A DNA stretch of 64,000 bases from Lama glama. Its lineage: Eukaryota. The stretch is taken from positions 41,356,001-41,420,000 of the forward strand of contig CM052816.1 of the NCBI GenBank assembly GCA_028534125.1, read 5' to 3'. The translations under genes were made by a program, and so were the position numbers. Shown piece by piece: positions 50,860 through 63,025 of the stretch; positions within the stretch are counted from its first letter, which is position 1, and each line of letters begins with the position of its first letter. The notes beneath the pieces are model-generated. The model worked only from the letters and a program-made list of their open reading frames with translations, was not told the origin of the DNA and did not search any database.

Positions 50860-53190
50860 TACACAACGGTGAATATATTAGTAAACCCCTTGATGGTGGT
50901 GTTGATAGAGGCATTTCAGGCAGGGAAGATAAATTTTAAAGCCAAATTCATCCAAAATAAGAGTATATCCAAGGATATCAGTCTGCCACCAGATTGCTAG
51001 TTAGCCTCCCAGAGGATTGTTGCCATTTCAGAGGATCAGCGATAATCTACTCAGTCAAGCACTCAGCAGTGGTAGTAGTCAGATCATCTTTGACGAGAGT
51101 AAGCTCATGTTGCTGAGCCCATGCACAATTTCCATCCCTGCTCTCATGCCACTTTGTTTATAAGCCCTTGAGTAAGCACTGGGGTAGCTGGAGACAGAGG
51201 CTGGGACTTATCCACATAATTTGTCATCTTTTCTAGCTGGTGATTGCTAGATTCCAGCTAGTGACTTTTGGTAAGAATTCACATGAGACAAACCATATTC
51301 TGTCCTCATTCTAATGGTTATATCTACATACATCTTCCTAGATCCTCTTGTCTCCAATCCTCCAATACTACATTTTCTAAGTCCTTGAATACTCAGTATC
51401 AACCACTGCCCACTGCCCATGGGACCTATACCTCTGGCCTTTCATGCAAGCAGATACACTCCTTGAAGTTCTGCTCAGTGGGAATATTTCATTTCTTTAC
51501 TACCAATCAGAACATGCCCTAATTGGGCCATAATTATGCAGCAATTCACTTCCATCTATAGCAGCATCACGTGAAGAATCATGTATACACTGGGCCTGAG
51601 CTTCTTCTTCTTCAGTCAATTAGTCAGAGGAAACTCCCTATGAGGTCAGAGATGGGAGCTGAAAAAGAGGCAACAGTGCAGCAGGAGTAGGTGTCATGAG
51701 AGTCTGAACTTCAGCTTATGCAAATTATATATTCAGTATCTCTTGGAGTTCTATTTCACTCTACTATCAATTTATGATGGAGTGCTGTTATTCATGTCCA
51801 ACTTTAGAGCTTTGTGGATCAGGTAAGACCCATTTCATCAAAGTCATCTCAGATTGTCTGGTCACTTGGTGTCCCATAATTAGATATTTAGTCCCAACCA
51901 GCATTAAGTAGCAAGAAAGGTGCCATTTTGCAAAAGGAGGATGGATAGCTGCACAGCTTTACTTTAAAACCCTAAGTGCATGAATCGTCATTCTCTTATG
52001 GGGGGGGCTGCCAGAAGCTCCTTTGAACAGCCCTAAAAGCCAGAGATCTGATGATTCATATGACCTACGTGGTAGAATAGCTCATACTGTACCCTTCATA
52101 AGCTTCAGAGCCTCCTTTTACTCTGAGCCCCATTTGAAACTTAGTATGTCTTTGAGGGAGAGACCTCAGTATATTCCTAGACCCCTGGAACCCCAGAAAC
52201 CTACCAAATTTTCATAGAGTTTATCTCCTACCTTCTGGCACATAGAAGTCTTATTCAAGCTTCTAGGTTTTTGCTACTTCCTGCCCAATGGGTCTATTAG
52301 CATGATTTCATAGATTCTGTAGCCTAGATTATGATAGAGTCCTAGAGCTGAAAGCAACAGAGAATATGTTTTGTTGATCTGACTATGTGAAAGCAAATTG
52401 CTTCCTGGCTGATATAAAATGAATAAAGCATTTGCCAGAGCAATAGCTGTACACCAGTTGTCTGAGATTGTGTGGTTTTTGCTCCAGTGAGGAAATTCCA
52501 TCCATAAAAGCAGCAGCATTTAGGATCACCACTTGATTAACTTTATGGAAATCCTCTACCACTGTTTAAAATCCCACTACCATGTGGACAGGCCAAGTCA
52601 ACACTTTTGCATCTCTCAAGATTTTCATGGTGACCTTAATCTACACAAACCTCCTCAGGGATGCAGTATTGCTTTTGATTTGATATTCTGGTTGAGCAGG
52701 GCAGTTACAGTGGTTTCCATTTGGCCCTTCCTATTGTATAAGCCCTCGTTCCACACGCCAGGGAGCCAATGGGAAGAGTCTGCTGGTTTGCAGAAGTGTT
52801 CTTAGAACTACAAACTCAGGTAAAATTCAAGTACAAAGAGAATTGCTATAGGACTATACATGTAGACTCACTGAGCCTACTGTTAGAAGGAATCAGACCA
52901 ATGCTCCATTTATCATCTAATCTCTATAACCCCTCATTCTGACTATTTGATCAAAGAGCATTTGGGTACCCAAGGAATCAGCATCAACTCCAAGCCTATC
53001 CTAGTAATTCTTAAAAAAATATGGATGTTTTCCTCTTTCCAGTACACTGGTACCTTTATAAATGACCCCAGGTCACTTTCAGGAAGGCAAAGAGAAAGCT
53101 TTATAGTATACACCGCTAGCAGAGTTGTAGCATTCCTTCTCAAGGGACTCCCCTTACATCTTAATTTTGGGTATCCACTCCTGCACCAGT
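50860..53190 (-). mobile_element. Decayed ERVL-class internal region (protease to RT/RNase H)
   Basis: Minus-strand translations VPVYWKEENIHIFLRITRIGLELMLIPWVPK (cf. ERVL protease ...LLDTGSELTLIPGDPK) and WCTAIALANALF (cf. RT motif WYAAIDLANAFF); many stops and frameshifts. Confidence 0.75.
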
Positions 53191-53286
53191 ACCAAATTGT
53201 TTCTATTAATATGTTTATTACCTCTATAATTTATAAGCTTCCTATATTGTAAGCTCCATGAGGAATGGAGGGTTGACATGGGGTGT

Positions 53287-53439
53287 TTTTTTTTTAACTA
53301 TTTTTTTAAATTACTTTGGGGATTTTTGGTGGGAGGAAGTAATTAGGTTTATTTTATTTATTGATTCATTTTTAATGGGGGTACTGGGGACTGAACCCAG
53401 GACCTCATGAATGCTAAGCACTGAGCTATACCCTGCCCC
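53287..53439 (-). mobile_element. tRNA-Ala-derived SINE (Vic-1-like)
   Basis: gaagtaattaggttt tail; gtactggggactgaacccaggacctc...cactgagctataccctgcccc. Confidence 0.88.
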
Positions 53440-53498
53440 TAGGCCTGTTTTGTTACTAGTACCGTCAATGACTAAAACAGCGCCTGGCAAATAATTAT

Positions 53499-53550
53499 AG
53501 GAAGGAAGGAAGGAAGGAAGCAAGGAAAAAAGGAAGGAAGGAAGGAAGGA
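53499..53550 (+). repeat. (GGAA)n imperfect microsatellite
   Basis: Read directly from the sequence. Confidence 0.9.
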
Positions 53551-53644
53551 TCTTGAAGGAGACGTCAAAGATTATTCTGAGAATGCAAGTTTAAGACACT
53601 GGCTAATTGTTCTGATTTAAATAAAAATTGAAAACACAAGATTG

Positions 53645-54555
53645 AACAGCAACTCCCCACTTCCCCCTTCCCAACCAGCTCCTGTCAACCACCATTCTAC
53701 TTTCTGTTTCTATGAGTTTTATTACTTTAGCTACCTCCTATAAGTAGAATCATGCAGTATTTGTCCTTCTATACTGGCTTATTTCACTTAGCTTAATGTT
53801 CTGAAGTTCATCCATATGGTAGCATGGGACAGCATTTGCTGCTTTATTAAGGCAGAATAATGTTCCACCGTATGCATATACCACATTTCCTTTACCCATT
53901 CTTCTGTCAATGGACATTTAAGTTGTTTCCACTTCTTGGCTATTGTGAATAATACTACAGTGAACATGGGAATAAAAATAGCTCTTGGAAATTCTGCTTT
54001 TAATTATTTTGAGTAAATACCCAGACACGGAGTTGTTAGATCATATGACAATTCTGTTTTTAATTTTTTGAGGACTTCCATACTATTTTCCATAGTGGCT
54101 GTACTATTTTACATTCCTAGCAACAATGCACGAGTGTTTCAATTTCTCCATACCCTCCCCAACACTTTTACTTTCTGTTGTTGTTGCTTATATAATGGTT
54201 ATTCTAACAGGGGTAAGGTGATACCTCATTGTGGTTTTGATTTGCATCTCCCTGATGATTAGGGACATTAAGCATTTTTCTTATACTTGCTGGTCATTTG
54301 AATGTTTTCTTTGAAGAAATATCTATTCAAGTTCTTGGCCCATTTTTAATTGGTTATTTGGGTTTTTGCTATTGAGCTTTATGAGTTTCTGATATATTTT
54401 AGATAGTAACCCCTTATTGGATAAATGGATTGCAAATATTTTCTCCCATTCTCTAAGATGCCTTTCCATTCTGTTGCTGCACAGAAACTTTTCAGTTTGA
54501 AGCACTCTCACTTATTTCTTTCCTTTTGTTGCCTGTGCTTTTGGTGCCATACAAG
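53645..54555 (-). mobile_element. L1MA/MB-like 3' end plus ORF2 C-terminal region
   Basis: caaccaccattctactttctgtttctatgag...ccatactattttccatagtggctgtact...gcaaatattttctcccattct; minus-strand translation WEKIFAIHLSNKGLLSKIY. Confidence 0.9.
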
Positions 54556-55819
54556 AGCAAACCTTTCAGCAAAGTATTTCAGGCTTTCAAAATCTGATCC
54601 CAGTCTGTCTTTCTTCTTTCTTCTTTCATCTTTCACCATTACACTGCTGCATACAACAGCCCAGGCCCCTGGTCCACTCCTAATTCTGAAATCTGCCATC
54701 ACATCTATATGTCTCTGCCTAATGTCCTTTCTTCTTAGAATATCTGCCTTCTGCTGTCTATCTACAAGGCACAGTATTACAAAAGTCCCTGGAGGCCTTC
54801 CTGATCCTCTCTCTTCCAAGGAAGAATTAGTGGCATTCAGCTTTGTTTAGTTCCCTAGTAAAGTGTGTACTACAGTTGTTTACATAATTGTTTCTTATTC
54901 TAGACTATATCCCAGAAAGTAATATTTACCAAAAATAGTATATGCTATTTTAAAAAATAAATGTGGTCATTCTGTCTTGGTTTCTTTATCTATAAAGTGA
55001 GACTGCTTCTAAATTTGCCTGCCAATAATAATTGGCTGAAATGCATATTTAAATACACATTCTAGAGTCCCTCCCATAGATCCTGATTTCATGGGTCCAG
55101 AAATTCATATTTGAAATGACCAATAGGTGATTCTTACAATCGATATATTTATGGGGCACTGACTTAGAGTACTTCCAGGACTCTATCCTGCTCTAAAATT
55201 TTTTTTTGTCTACAATTTCATATGGCATAGAAGAGAATAAAAATGAGGGATAAAGGTGACAAGCAAATTTTAAGATGGCTAGCTGGAGTTGTTGTAACTG
55301 ATATCCATTCTCTTTCCTTTAGTCCTCAGTTTCAAGGGCAATTTTGAAATTGTATGCCTGCTAAAGAAGTGGAAATACCATCAGAGTACAGGGAAAGTGA
55401 AAGGAAAAACTGATTTTGAACATATATGAAAATTATAAAAATACCTTAGACAATTTTCCATGAATAATGAAAATAACACCTTACACCTGCACAACACTTA
55501 CAACTTGAAAAATATTTCCACTTCCTTCAGCCTTTTTATACTTTATGGCAACCCCGTAAGTTCAGCAGGGAAAAGCCAGATGGGCACTAGAGCAATTATC
55601 ATTCCCATTTTACACAATTTTTTTGAATGCTTATGTCACATGAGGAAAAAATGGGCATTTTGTACAGAAAGAGGCTATGATCGTCTATGTATTTGAAACA
55701 AGTAAATTTCTCAAAATTTATATGTTCAGGAAAAGAGTTATTGGACTGAGTAGGAAAGATATACTATCAAGATATTTTAAGGCCTTCAAAATCTTTTGTT
55801 TCAGTTGGACAGTGGACAA

Positions 55820-56570
55820 TTATTTTATTTAATTTATTTTACTGAAGTATAACTGATTTATAATATTGTGTTAGTTTCAGGTGTACAATAAAGTGATTAG
55901 GATATTTATATACACACATGTGTATATACATAATTTTTTTAATATTTTTCCATTATAGGTTATTACAAGGTACTGAATATAGTTCTGTGTGCTCTACAGT
56001 AAATTCTTGTTTTTATCTATTTTATATATGTGTCTACCTGTTAATCCCATACTTGTAATTTCCCACTCCCCCTTTGGTAACCGTAAGTTTGTTTTCTGTC
56101 TGTGTGTCTGTTTCTGTTTTGTAAATAAGATTGTACTATTTTTTAGATTCCACATATAAGTGACATCATATAATATTTGCCTTTCTCCATCTGGCTTACT
56201 TCACTTAGTATGATAATCTCTAGGTCCATCCATGCTGTGGTAAATGGAATTATTTTCTTCTGTTTTATGGCTGAGTATTACTCCACTGTATATATACACT
56301 ACATCTTCTTTATCAATGCAACAGTTGATGGACAGTTAGGTTGCCTCTATGTCTTAACTATTGTAAACAGTGCTGCTGTGAACACTGGGGAGCATATATC
56401 TTTTCTAAATAGAATTTTTGTCTTTTCCGGATCCAAAAGTGGGGTTGCTGGATCATATGATAAGTCTATTTTTAGTTTTCTAAGGAACCCCTACACTGTT
56501 CTCCATAGTGGCTGCACCAATTTACATTCCCACCAACAGTGTAGGAGGGTTCCCTTTTCTCTACACACTT
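55820..56570 (-). mobile_element. L1 3' end (same 3'UTR type as 10473-10868)
   Basis: actgaagtataactgatt...tttagattccacatataagtgacatcata...ctccatagtggctgcaccaatttacattcccaccaacagtgtaggagggttcccttttctc. Confidence 0.92.
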
Positions 56571-56599
56571 GGGGAGTTACTTTAGAAAATTGCTACAAA

Positions 56600-57365
56600 T
56601 ATTTCTTTGATTTTTTAAATTTTAATTCTGAAATAATTTCAGATTGACAGAAAAGTTGCAAAAATAGTCAAGTTCCCCTGTACCCTTCCTCCAGCTTCCC
56701 CTAATGTTGACAATTAACATACCATAGAACAATTATCAAAACCAGGTAATTAATATTGGTACTGACCTACAGACTTTAAATTGGTGACTATTTTTCAACT
56801 AAGGTCCTTTCCCTGTTCCAGGATTAACCCAGGATCCCACATTGCATTTAGTTGTGGAGTCTTCTCAATCTCCTCCAACCTGTGACAATTCCTCAGTGTC
56901 CTTTTCTCTTTAATGACCTTGGCACTTTGGAAGAGAAAACTGGTGGAGCTATGTTGTCACATAGTCATCACTTTGGGTTTGTCTGATGCTTTCTTACCTC
57001 ATCTCATCTGATCAAGGTTATGCGTTTTTGGTAAGAATACCACAGAAATGGTGTTTTGTCCTGCTCAGTGTATATCAGGAGACATGATGGTATGTGCCAA
57101 GTCTCTCCAGGTTATTATTTCCCTTCCTTGTCATTAATAAATATCTTAGGTGACATAGTTTGAAACTATACAAATATTCTGCTTCTCTTCACACTTGCGC
57201 CCACTGATTTTAGCACCCTTCAACATAGCCTCTGATAATTACCACTATGGTGTTTGTCTAATGAAGAGTTTTAATTTTCCTCATTCCCTCTACGTATATT
57301 AATTAGAATTTTTTTATAAGGAGAAGTTATCCCTTCTTCCCTCAATTATTTATTTATTCACCTGT
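56600..57365 (-). mobile_element. Old L1 (L1MC-like) 3' end
   Basis: gaaataatttcagattgacagaaaagttgcaaaaatag...caggatcccacattgcatttagttgt...ttggtaagaataccacagaa. Confidence 0.85.
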
Positions 57366-57569
57366 GCCTTTCATTTTTGCTCACGTGCTCCTTCTGTTTC
57401 CGAACCTTAGCAGACCATTAGGGATTCAACAAGCAATAGATAACAGTAAATACCATTTTAAAAGACAATTCACGAAGAATTTCAAATTTTTCACACTATT
57501 TTGTCAATCCAGATGGACTAGTTAAACAAAAAAAGTCAGATAAAGATCAGACACATAAATATCATTGAT

Positions 57570-57615
57570 CAAAGCAATCCACAAAGTCCACAAAGCAATC
57601 CACAAAGTCCACAAG
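57570..57615 (+). repeat. 21-bp perfect tandem duplication (caaagcaatccacaaagtcca)x2
   Basis: Read directly from the sequence. Confidence 0.95.
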
Positions 57616-58461
57616 AAACAAACTGACCTCAAAAGACAAAAGTGCTTGCTGATTGACTGTGTGGCGTCTTGAGAGCAAAAATAAAGTCAATACATTTTGT
57701 CAACTAATGTTCATTTTGTTCTTCTCTGACTCTTACTGGATAAAGTTTCTAAATAAAAGAAGAAACTAATCACTTTATTTTAAAATGAGTAGTGGTTTTT
57801 TAATTATTTATTTTGGCTTGAGGCTTTTCCTCTCCAACTAGGATATCTATTATTTTTCAGAGAACAATCTAGCAAATAAGTTATTGGTATTTACTATGAA
57901 TATCATCAAATGTTTCTACCTAGAGAAGATTACTTCCATACCTACATCAATAAAATATTTTTGCAAAATACGTTGTTTTTGTAACAGATATGGTGAATCA
58001 AAAAAAATTGTTTGCATGTGAAGAGAATAAGCATTGATTCTGGAAATGAGCCACAATTCTTGGGTAGCCTAAGAACAAGTTGCCAAACTTGCCTAGACCT
58101 GATTTTCCATCTATGAAATAATAATAGTCTTTACCTACCTCGCTAAGGGATATCAGACATAAATTAATGTTCATAATGGGCTTGAGATCTGTGATTAAAA
58201 TCTGTTATCCTTGATGGTAAACAGAGTTGTTCAACCGTTGAGAAGCAATAAACAAGCTCAGGGAGATGTGTAGTCCATGAGAAGAAATAATGGAGAGTGA
58301 AAAAGTTAGGCATGAGCCATGGGGGCTCAGACAAGAATCTCTACCTTTTTTTTTTGACAAAAATCTCTTTTGATGTGTAAGTATTCGTGCATTTTTTTCT
58401 TCATAGAATTAAGTAATACACCTTTCTAATGTCTTGATAAAGGGACTATTCCTCTCTATAC

Positions 58462-58990
58462 TAAGATTCTTAACCTTTTATGCCATGGACCTTTTTAACA
58501 TTTTTTGTAAAGCCATAGACCTCATCTCATAATAATTTCTAAACTCATGAAAAATATGTAGGATTATGAAAGAAACCACTTTTATTAAAGCAAAATTATG
58601 AAAATGTTTTTTCACATTTAATTTTAGAGTACAACATTTGCTTCTTTATTAAATTAAACGAGATCTAGTGGCAGTCTAATAACTATCATAATTTCAAAGC
58701 AGTAACGGTTGTAAACAACATTTCAAGATATGTACAACAACTCTAACGTGATATGAAAATATCTGTGTTTTCTATTGGTGATAAGGTTAGAGAACTGCTC
58801 TTATTTCTGTGGCTTGTTGCCTACATTTAAAATTTTTTACATGCTAAGATTTAGCATTTGGAAGTTGGAAGTTACTGAAAATGAAGATGTGTTTGGAAGT
58901 TACTGAAAATAAAGATGTATTTTTTTTCCCATCCAAGTTTGTGGACCATGGACTCCTTGGGGATATTTGGATCTCAGGTTAAGAAACCCC
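58462..58990. mobile_element. MER119-like hAT-Charlie element
   Basis: TIR-like ends ttcttaacctttt...aggttaagaa; internal gccatggacc, taggattatgaaagaaacca, gatctagtggcagtctaataactatcataatttcaaag. Confidence 0.7.
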
Positions 58991-59034
58991 ATTCTACACC
59001 TATCCTTGGATCCCTCAGATAGCCAAACACTTAA

Positions 59035-59182
59035 TACCACTTCTCAAAGTGTGATCAGGTGGTCACAGTTATGGAGTGTTTATTAAAAATGCAATTCTCC
59101 TGGTCTTTTCCTAGACCCGATGAATATGCATTCTTAACAAGCATCAAGGTGACTGATACGTACACTAAAATTTGAGAATTGC
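59035..59182. mobile_element. MER5-like hAT MITE
   Basis: cttctcaaagtgtgatc...ttaaaaatgcaattc...gcattcttaacaagc...aaaatttgagaa. Confidence 0.65.
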
Positions 59183-60494
59183 TTCAAAGATGGATACGTC
59201 AATCACTTTTCTTCAGTAGAATCATAATTATCAAGCCAGAGAGTCTTAAATATTAGTTTGAGATGTTATAATATGTTGTAATAATGTGACAGGTCTGCAA
59301 AGGGCCCAGAAAGTTTAATTTTTTAATAGGCATTTTAAACATTTTGATGAATAAGTTCTCAACTCCATTATGAGAAATAATCCTAAACAAAGACACTGAA
59401 AGTCAAAGTATAAAATCTGTCTGGGAATGAGAGGAGCTCATAAGGGCCTTTGCATCAGAATTGTCATAACTATACTCCACCCCCCGTTTCCTTTTCTGAA
59501 CCAGTTAACATACCCTTCAAAAGAAAGCCTTTACATAGAACAATCAAATATGGAATCAGTGCATTACATCACAGAGGATACAAAAGATGAGTGACATTTA
59601 CCATGCCCATTTTTAACATCATGCTTTAAACCGGTAGGCAAAAATTAGTCACCAAGAACATGAAAAGCAGGAATAACAGAGTGATAGGGCTATGTAAGAT
59701 CTGAAGATCATCTTGAGCTTTTAACTACTACCTTTTTCCTCCGCCTCACAAATCTCTATCCCTATCCCAGAACTCTCTGTAACCTGAACTTCAGATCAGT
59801 ATATCCAACTGCTTATTAGACATTTACCCCTGAATATCAGAGACAACTCAAACACTACAAACCAAAACTGAATTCATCACATTTTCCCACAGAACATCTA
59901 TCTCTTTTATACTGTCTTAGATATTGTTATCACCATCTAGCAAGATATTCAGAAATTGTCCTAGATGTTTCTCTGTTACTCAGTAAGTTTTTCTGTACTT
60001 AGGAACACGTTTGGAGTGATGACCAATTTTAAACCTCCAACCGTGGCCCAGTGTTCTCTGAGTCAGCATTTTTGGAGTACCAACCTCTAATGCAGCCGAT
60101 GTCATAAGATAGACATAGTGATTGGAAGGGTCCTCCTCAGACAACTCTCAGGCGCCAAACTAACTCCAACAACACAACGGCAGCCCTAGGAAGACTCGGG
60201 AGAAGTGGCTCACACCAGCTCAAATTTAGGGCTCTGAAAGAAATGCTTTTTGCTTCTATGATTGATTTTCCTTCCTATTCATGTTTTCCTGCCCTTTACT
60301 TCATTCAATTAGTGAGATTTTTGAGGTATAAGTTTAGGGTATAGTTCTTGGATTATGGCGTCTCAGTTTGCCACTGATCCAGGCAAGAGAAATTCCTGGA
60401 GGCTCACAGGGTTCTGGCTGAATCATAAGTAGACAACATTGAGGTTGAAAGCCAAAGGCCAACCTAATAGCATGATTCAGAATTTGGAATTCTG

Positions 60495-60843
60495 GGGCGG
60501 AGGGAGGAGCCAAGATGGCAGAGTAGAGAGACTCACAGCTCACCCTCTCTGACAAATATACCGAGAATTACATCTACGAACCCTCTGAATCACACAGAAC
60601 ATCTACTAAACTCTGGCAGAGTGTCTCTTGCTTTGAAATACAGGAGGATTCTCACAAAATCCAATAAACAACAAGTTCATACTACAGTGTAGGGAACTAT
60701 ATTCAAGATCCTATAGCAGCTTATGTGAAAAACAATATGAAAATGAATATATGTATGTTCATGTATGATTGAACCATTGTGCTGTATACCAGAAAATGAC
60801 ACAACATTGTAAACTGACTATACTTATATATATACAAAAAAAA
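60495..60843 (+). mobile_element. Mini-L1: ~170 bp L1 5'UTR fused to ~180 bp L1 3'UTR and A-tail, TSD-flanked (probable spliced-L1 retrocopy)
   Basis: L1 5' start gggcggagggaggagccaagatggc (YY1 site 60511-60519); junction at 60663/60664 into ataaacaacaag...gggaactatattcaa...cacaacattgtaaactgactatactt; TSD tttggaattctg at 60483-60494 and 60846-60857. Confidence 0.88.
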
Positions 60844-61777
60844 GTTTTGGAATTCTGATCACCAACACCTGGTGTAGTTAAGCTGTCCAAACTGAGTATA
60901 TAGCTAGGTTTGGGAGGTAAGATCACTTGAGAATCTCAAACTTAAAGGGCTGTTGCACTATTTATGGGTAAATCCCCACGAGAACAAAGCTACTGCACCA
61001 GGAAGGCGCAAGTATGTGAACCACAGTCCTGTCAAAAACGAAGATTCAGTTCCAAGGTATCAGGCTGATCTCAAGGCTGAGCTCAGTACATAAATTTCTG
61101 ACTTAGCAATGCCAGTCCCCTTGCTGGACTGCTCTGTGTTCTCTACTCTCGGATCTGTTTTCCTCTTCATCCTATTCCTCAGCCAGAGCTGAGGATAAGA
61201 TGTAACTCCAGAGACAATTGAGCAAATTCCTGCTGGAGCAGAAAAAGAGGTGACAGAGAAGAATGTATGCATCACCATGAGAAGATAAGTTTAACCAAAG
61301 CCATGTGATTTCAATACTGACAACAAAGGTGCGATTTGGGGCATGGGACAAGGCAGAGATAATGTACTTCTTAATGAGTCGCTGCATGTAAAGTAGTGGG
61401 AAGTGCTTCGTATAAGCAAACAAAGCTGGGGTTCTACTGGGATTAAGGCAGCTCACCGAGTGGGGTTCCATGTTATTGAGTGCAGGCAGCCCTCAATTCA
61501 GGATTCTGAAGCCAAAACCAATGGGACCCTTAGGGGACAATAGGAATAATTCAGAGAAAGATAGAAGAGGAAGATCTCAGGAAAGGCCTGTGTCATGGAG
61601 GTGACCTTGCAGTCAGTGGAAATGGATCCAGAACAACTAACAGCAATTGATTGGTTTCTTGGTAAGGTTGGAACCAAAAAACAAAAAAAAAAAGTACTTT
61701 ATTTTTATGTCTACTCCCTTAACCCAGAAAATACCAACGCTCTTTTGGCCTATGGCTGGCAACAGCAATGGGGATCT

Positions 61778-62095
61778 AGACCTGCTCTCTCTAATCTAGT
61801 AGGCACTAACGTCTTATGGCTATTGGCCACTTGAAATGTGGCTTGTCTGAACTGAGAGATTCCTTCAATAGAAAAATACTTACTGAATTTCAAAAACTTA
61901 GTACAAAAGAAAGAATGTAACATACCTCATTAATTTTTATATTAATTACGTGTTGAAAATATATTATCTTGGATATACTGGTTTAAATAAATATATTATT
62001 AAAATTAATTTCCTCTGTTTATACTTTTGAAGAAGTAATTACTAGAAAACTCAAAAATTACGTATGTGGTTTCCCACTGGACAGAGTTGATCTAG
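61778..62095. mobile_element. MER33-like hAT MITE
   Basis: ggccacttgaaatgtggct...gaatttcaaaaacttagtac...ttggatatactggtttaaataaatatattattaaaattaatttc...actggacag. Confidence 0.85.
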
Positions 62096-62171
62096 CCCCG
62101 TGACACGTATTAGTTCTGGTGCCATTGCTCTTTTTGTGTGTATGTGCTGAATATAAAGGAACTATTATTTA

Positions 62172-62346
62172 GCCAATGGTTCTAAATTTAGTGTGTTTAA
62201 AAATCATCTGGGGAACATCAGAAAATGCCATTCATACCCTCACCCACCCAGCAAGATTCTACACAAGCAGTGAGTTTGTATTTCAACCACTGTCCTAGAA
62301 GATTCTGATACAGGAAGTCCTCTGACCATACTTTGAGAAATACTGG
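62172..62346. mobile_element. MER5A-like hAT MITE
   Basis: gccaatggttctaaatt...aatcatctgggga...gattctgataca...gaccatactttgagaaatactg. Confidence 0.75.
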
Positions 62347-62834
62347 CTTTGGGCGTACAGTGCTACACCGATCATCTTTGTTTCTAGGATGGTCTTCTGT
62401 TTTTCCACATTTTATGGATGGGACTAGCTACTGTGATAATCATGTTCTTGTTGACCCTCTGGAACTTGGGCTAAGTATACTGATGAGGGCTTTGGGACTG
62501 CATTAATTAAACCTTGGAAATGCTAACACTTTAACCTCAAATTTAGTGGAAGATGGCCCAGGATACAGCTGCAGAGGAGAAACCTCAGGCTGTAGTGAGG
62601 ACCCCGAATTCATCCTGTGTGAGGGAAAGCATGGATTAAAAACAAAAGGTGCTTGAGTGCAGGCAGGCAGGAGGGAGGGATGTAAGAGGGTATGAGACAC
62701 TGGATCCTATATTGGAGCTCTGACTTCCCTGTAGGGACAAGAAATTGGCTTTACACTAGGGAGAGGTCTGTATTATTAAAATGTATGTGGTATATGCAGT
62801 AAATATCCCACCTTACGTGCTGCAGTCAGCAAGG

Positions 62835-63025
62835 GCGCACTGTGTATAAACAATGGTTAAGAGATGAATTTAGGAGGTGGACCAACCTAGTTCCAAAACT
62901 ATCCCCACCTTAGGCAAGTCTCTTAACCTCTTTCCTTTTTGTTAAAATAGAAAAAATAATTTGTTATGAGGGTTAAGTGAACTGACTTATGTAGAAAACA
63001 CAGAATTGGGCCTGGCACATAAGAC
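62835..63025 (+). mobile_element. MIR SINE
   Basis: atggttaagag...cttaggcaagtctcttaacctc...ttgttatgagggttaagtga...cctggcacata. Confidence 0.7.

Noticed and set aside
54425..56647. 141-aa and 156-aa plus-strand ORFs
   Set aside because: Wholly or partly antisense readings of L1 fragments.
57570..57615. Short direct repeats as a CRISPR-like array
   Set aside because: Eukaryotic DNA, adjacent tandem copies without spacers, no cas genes.
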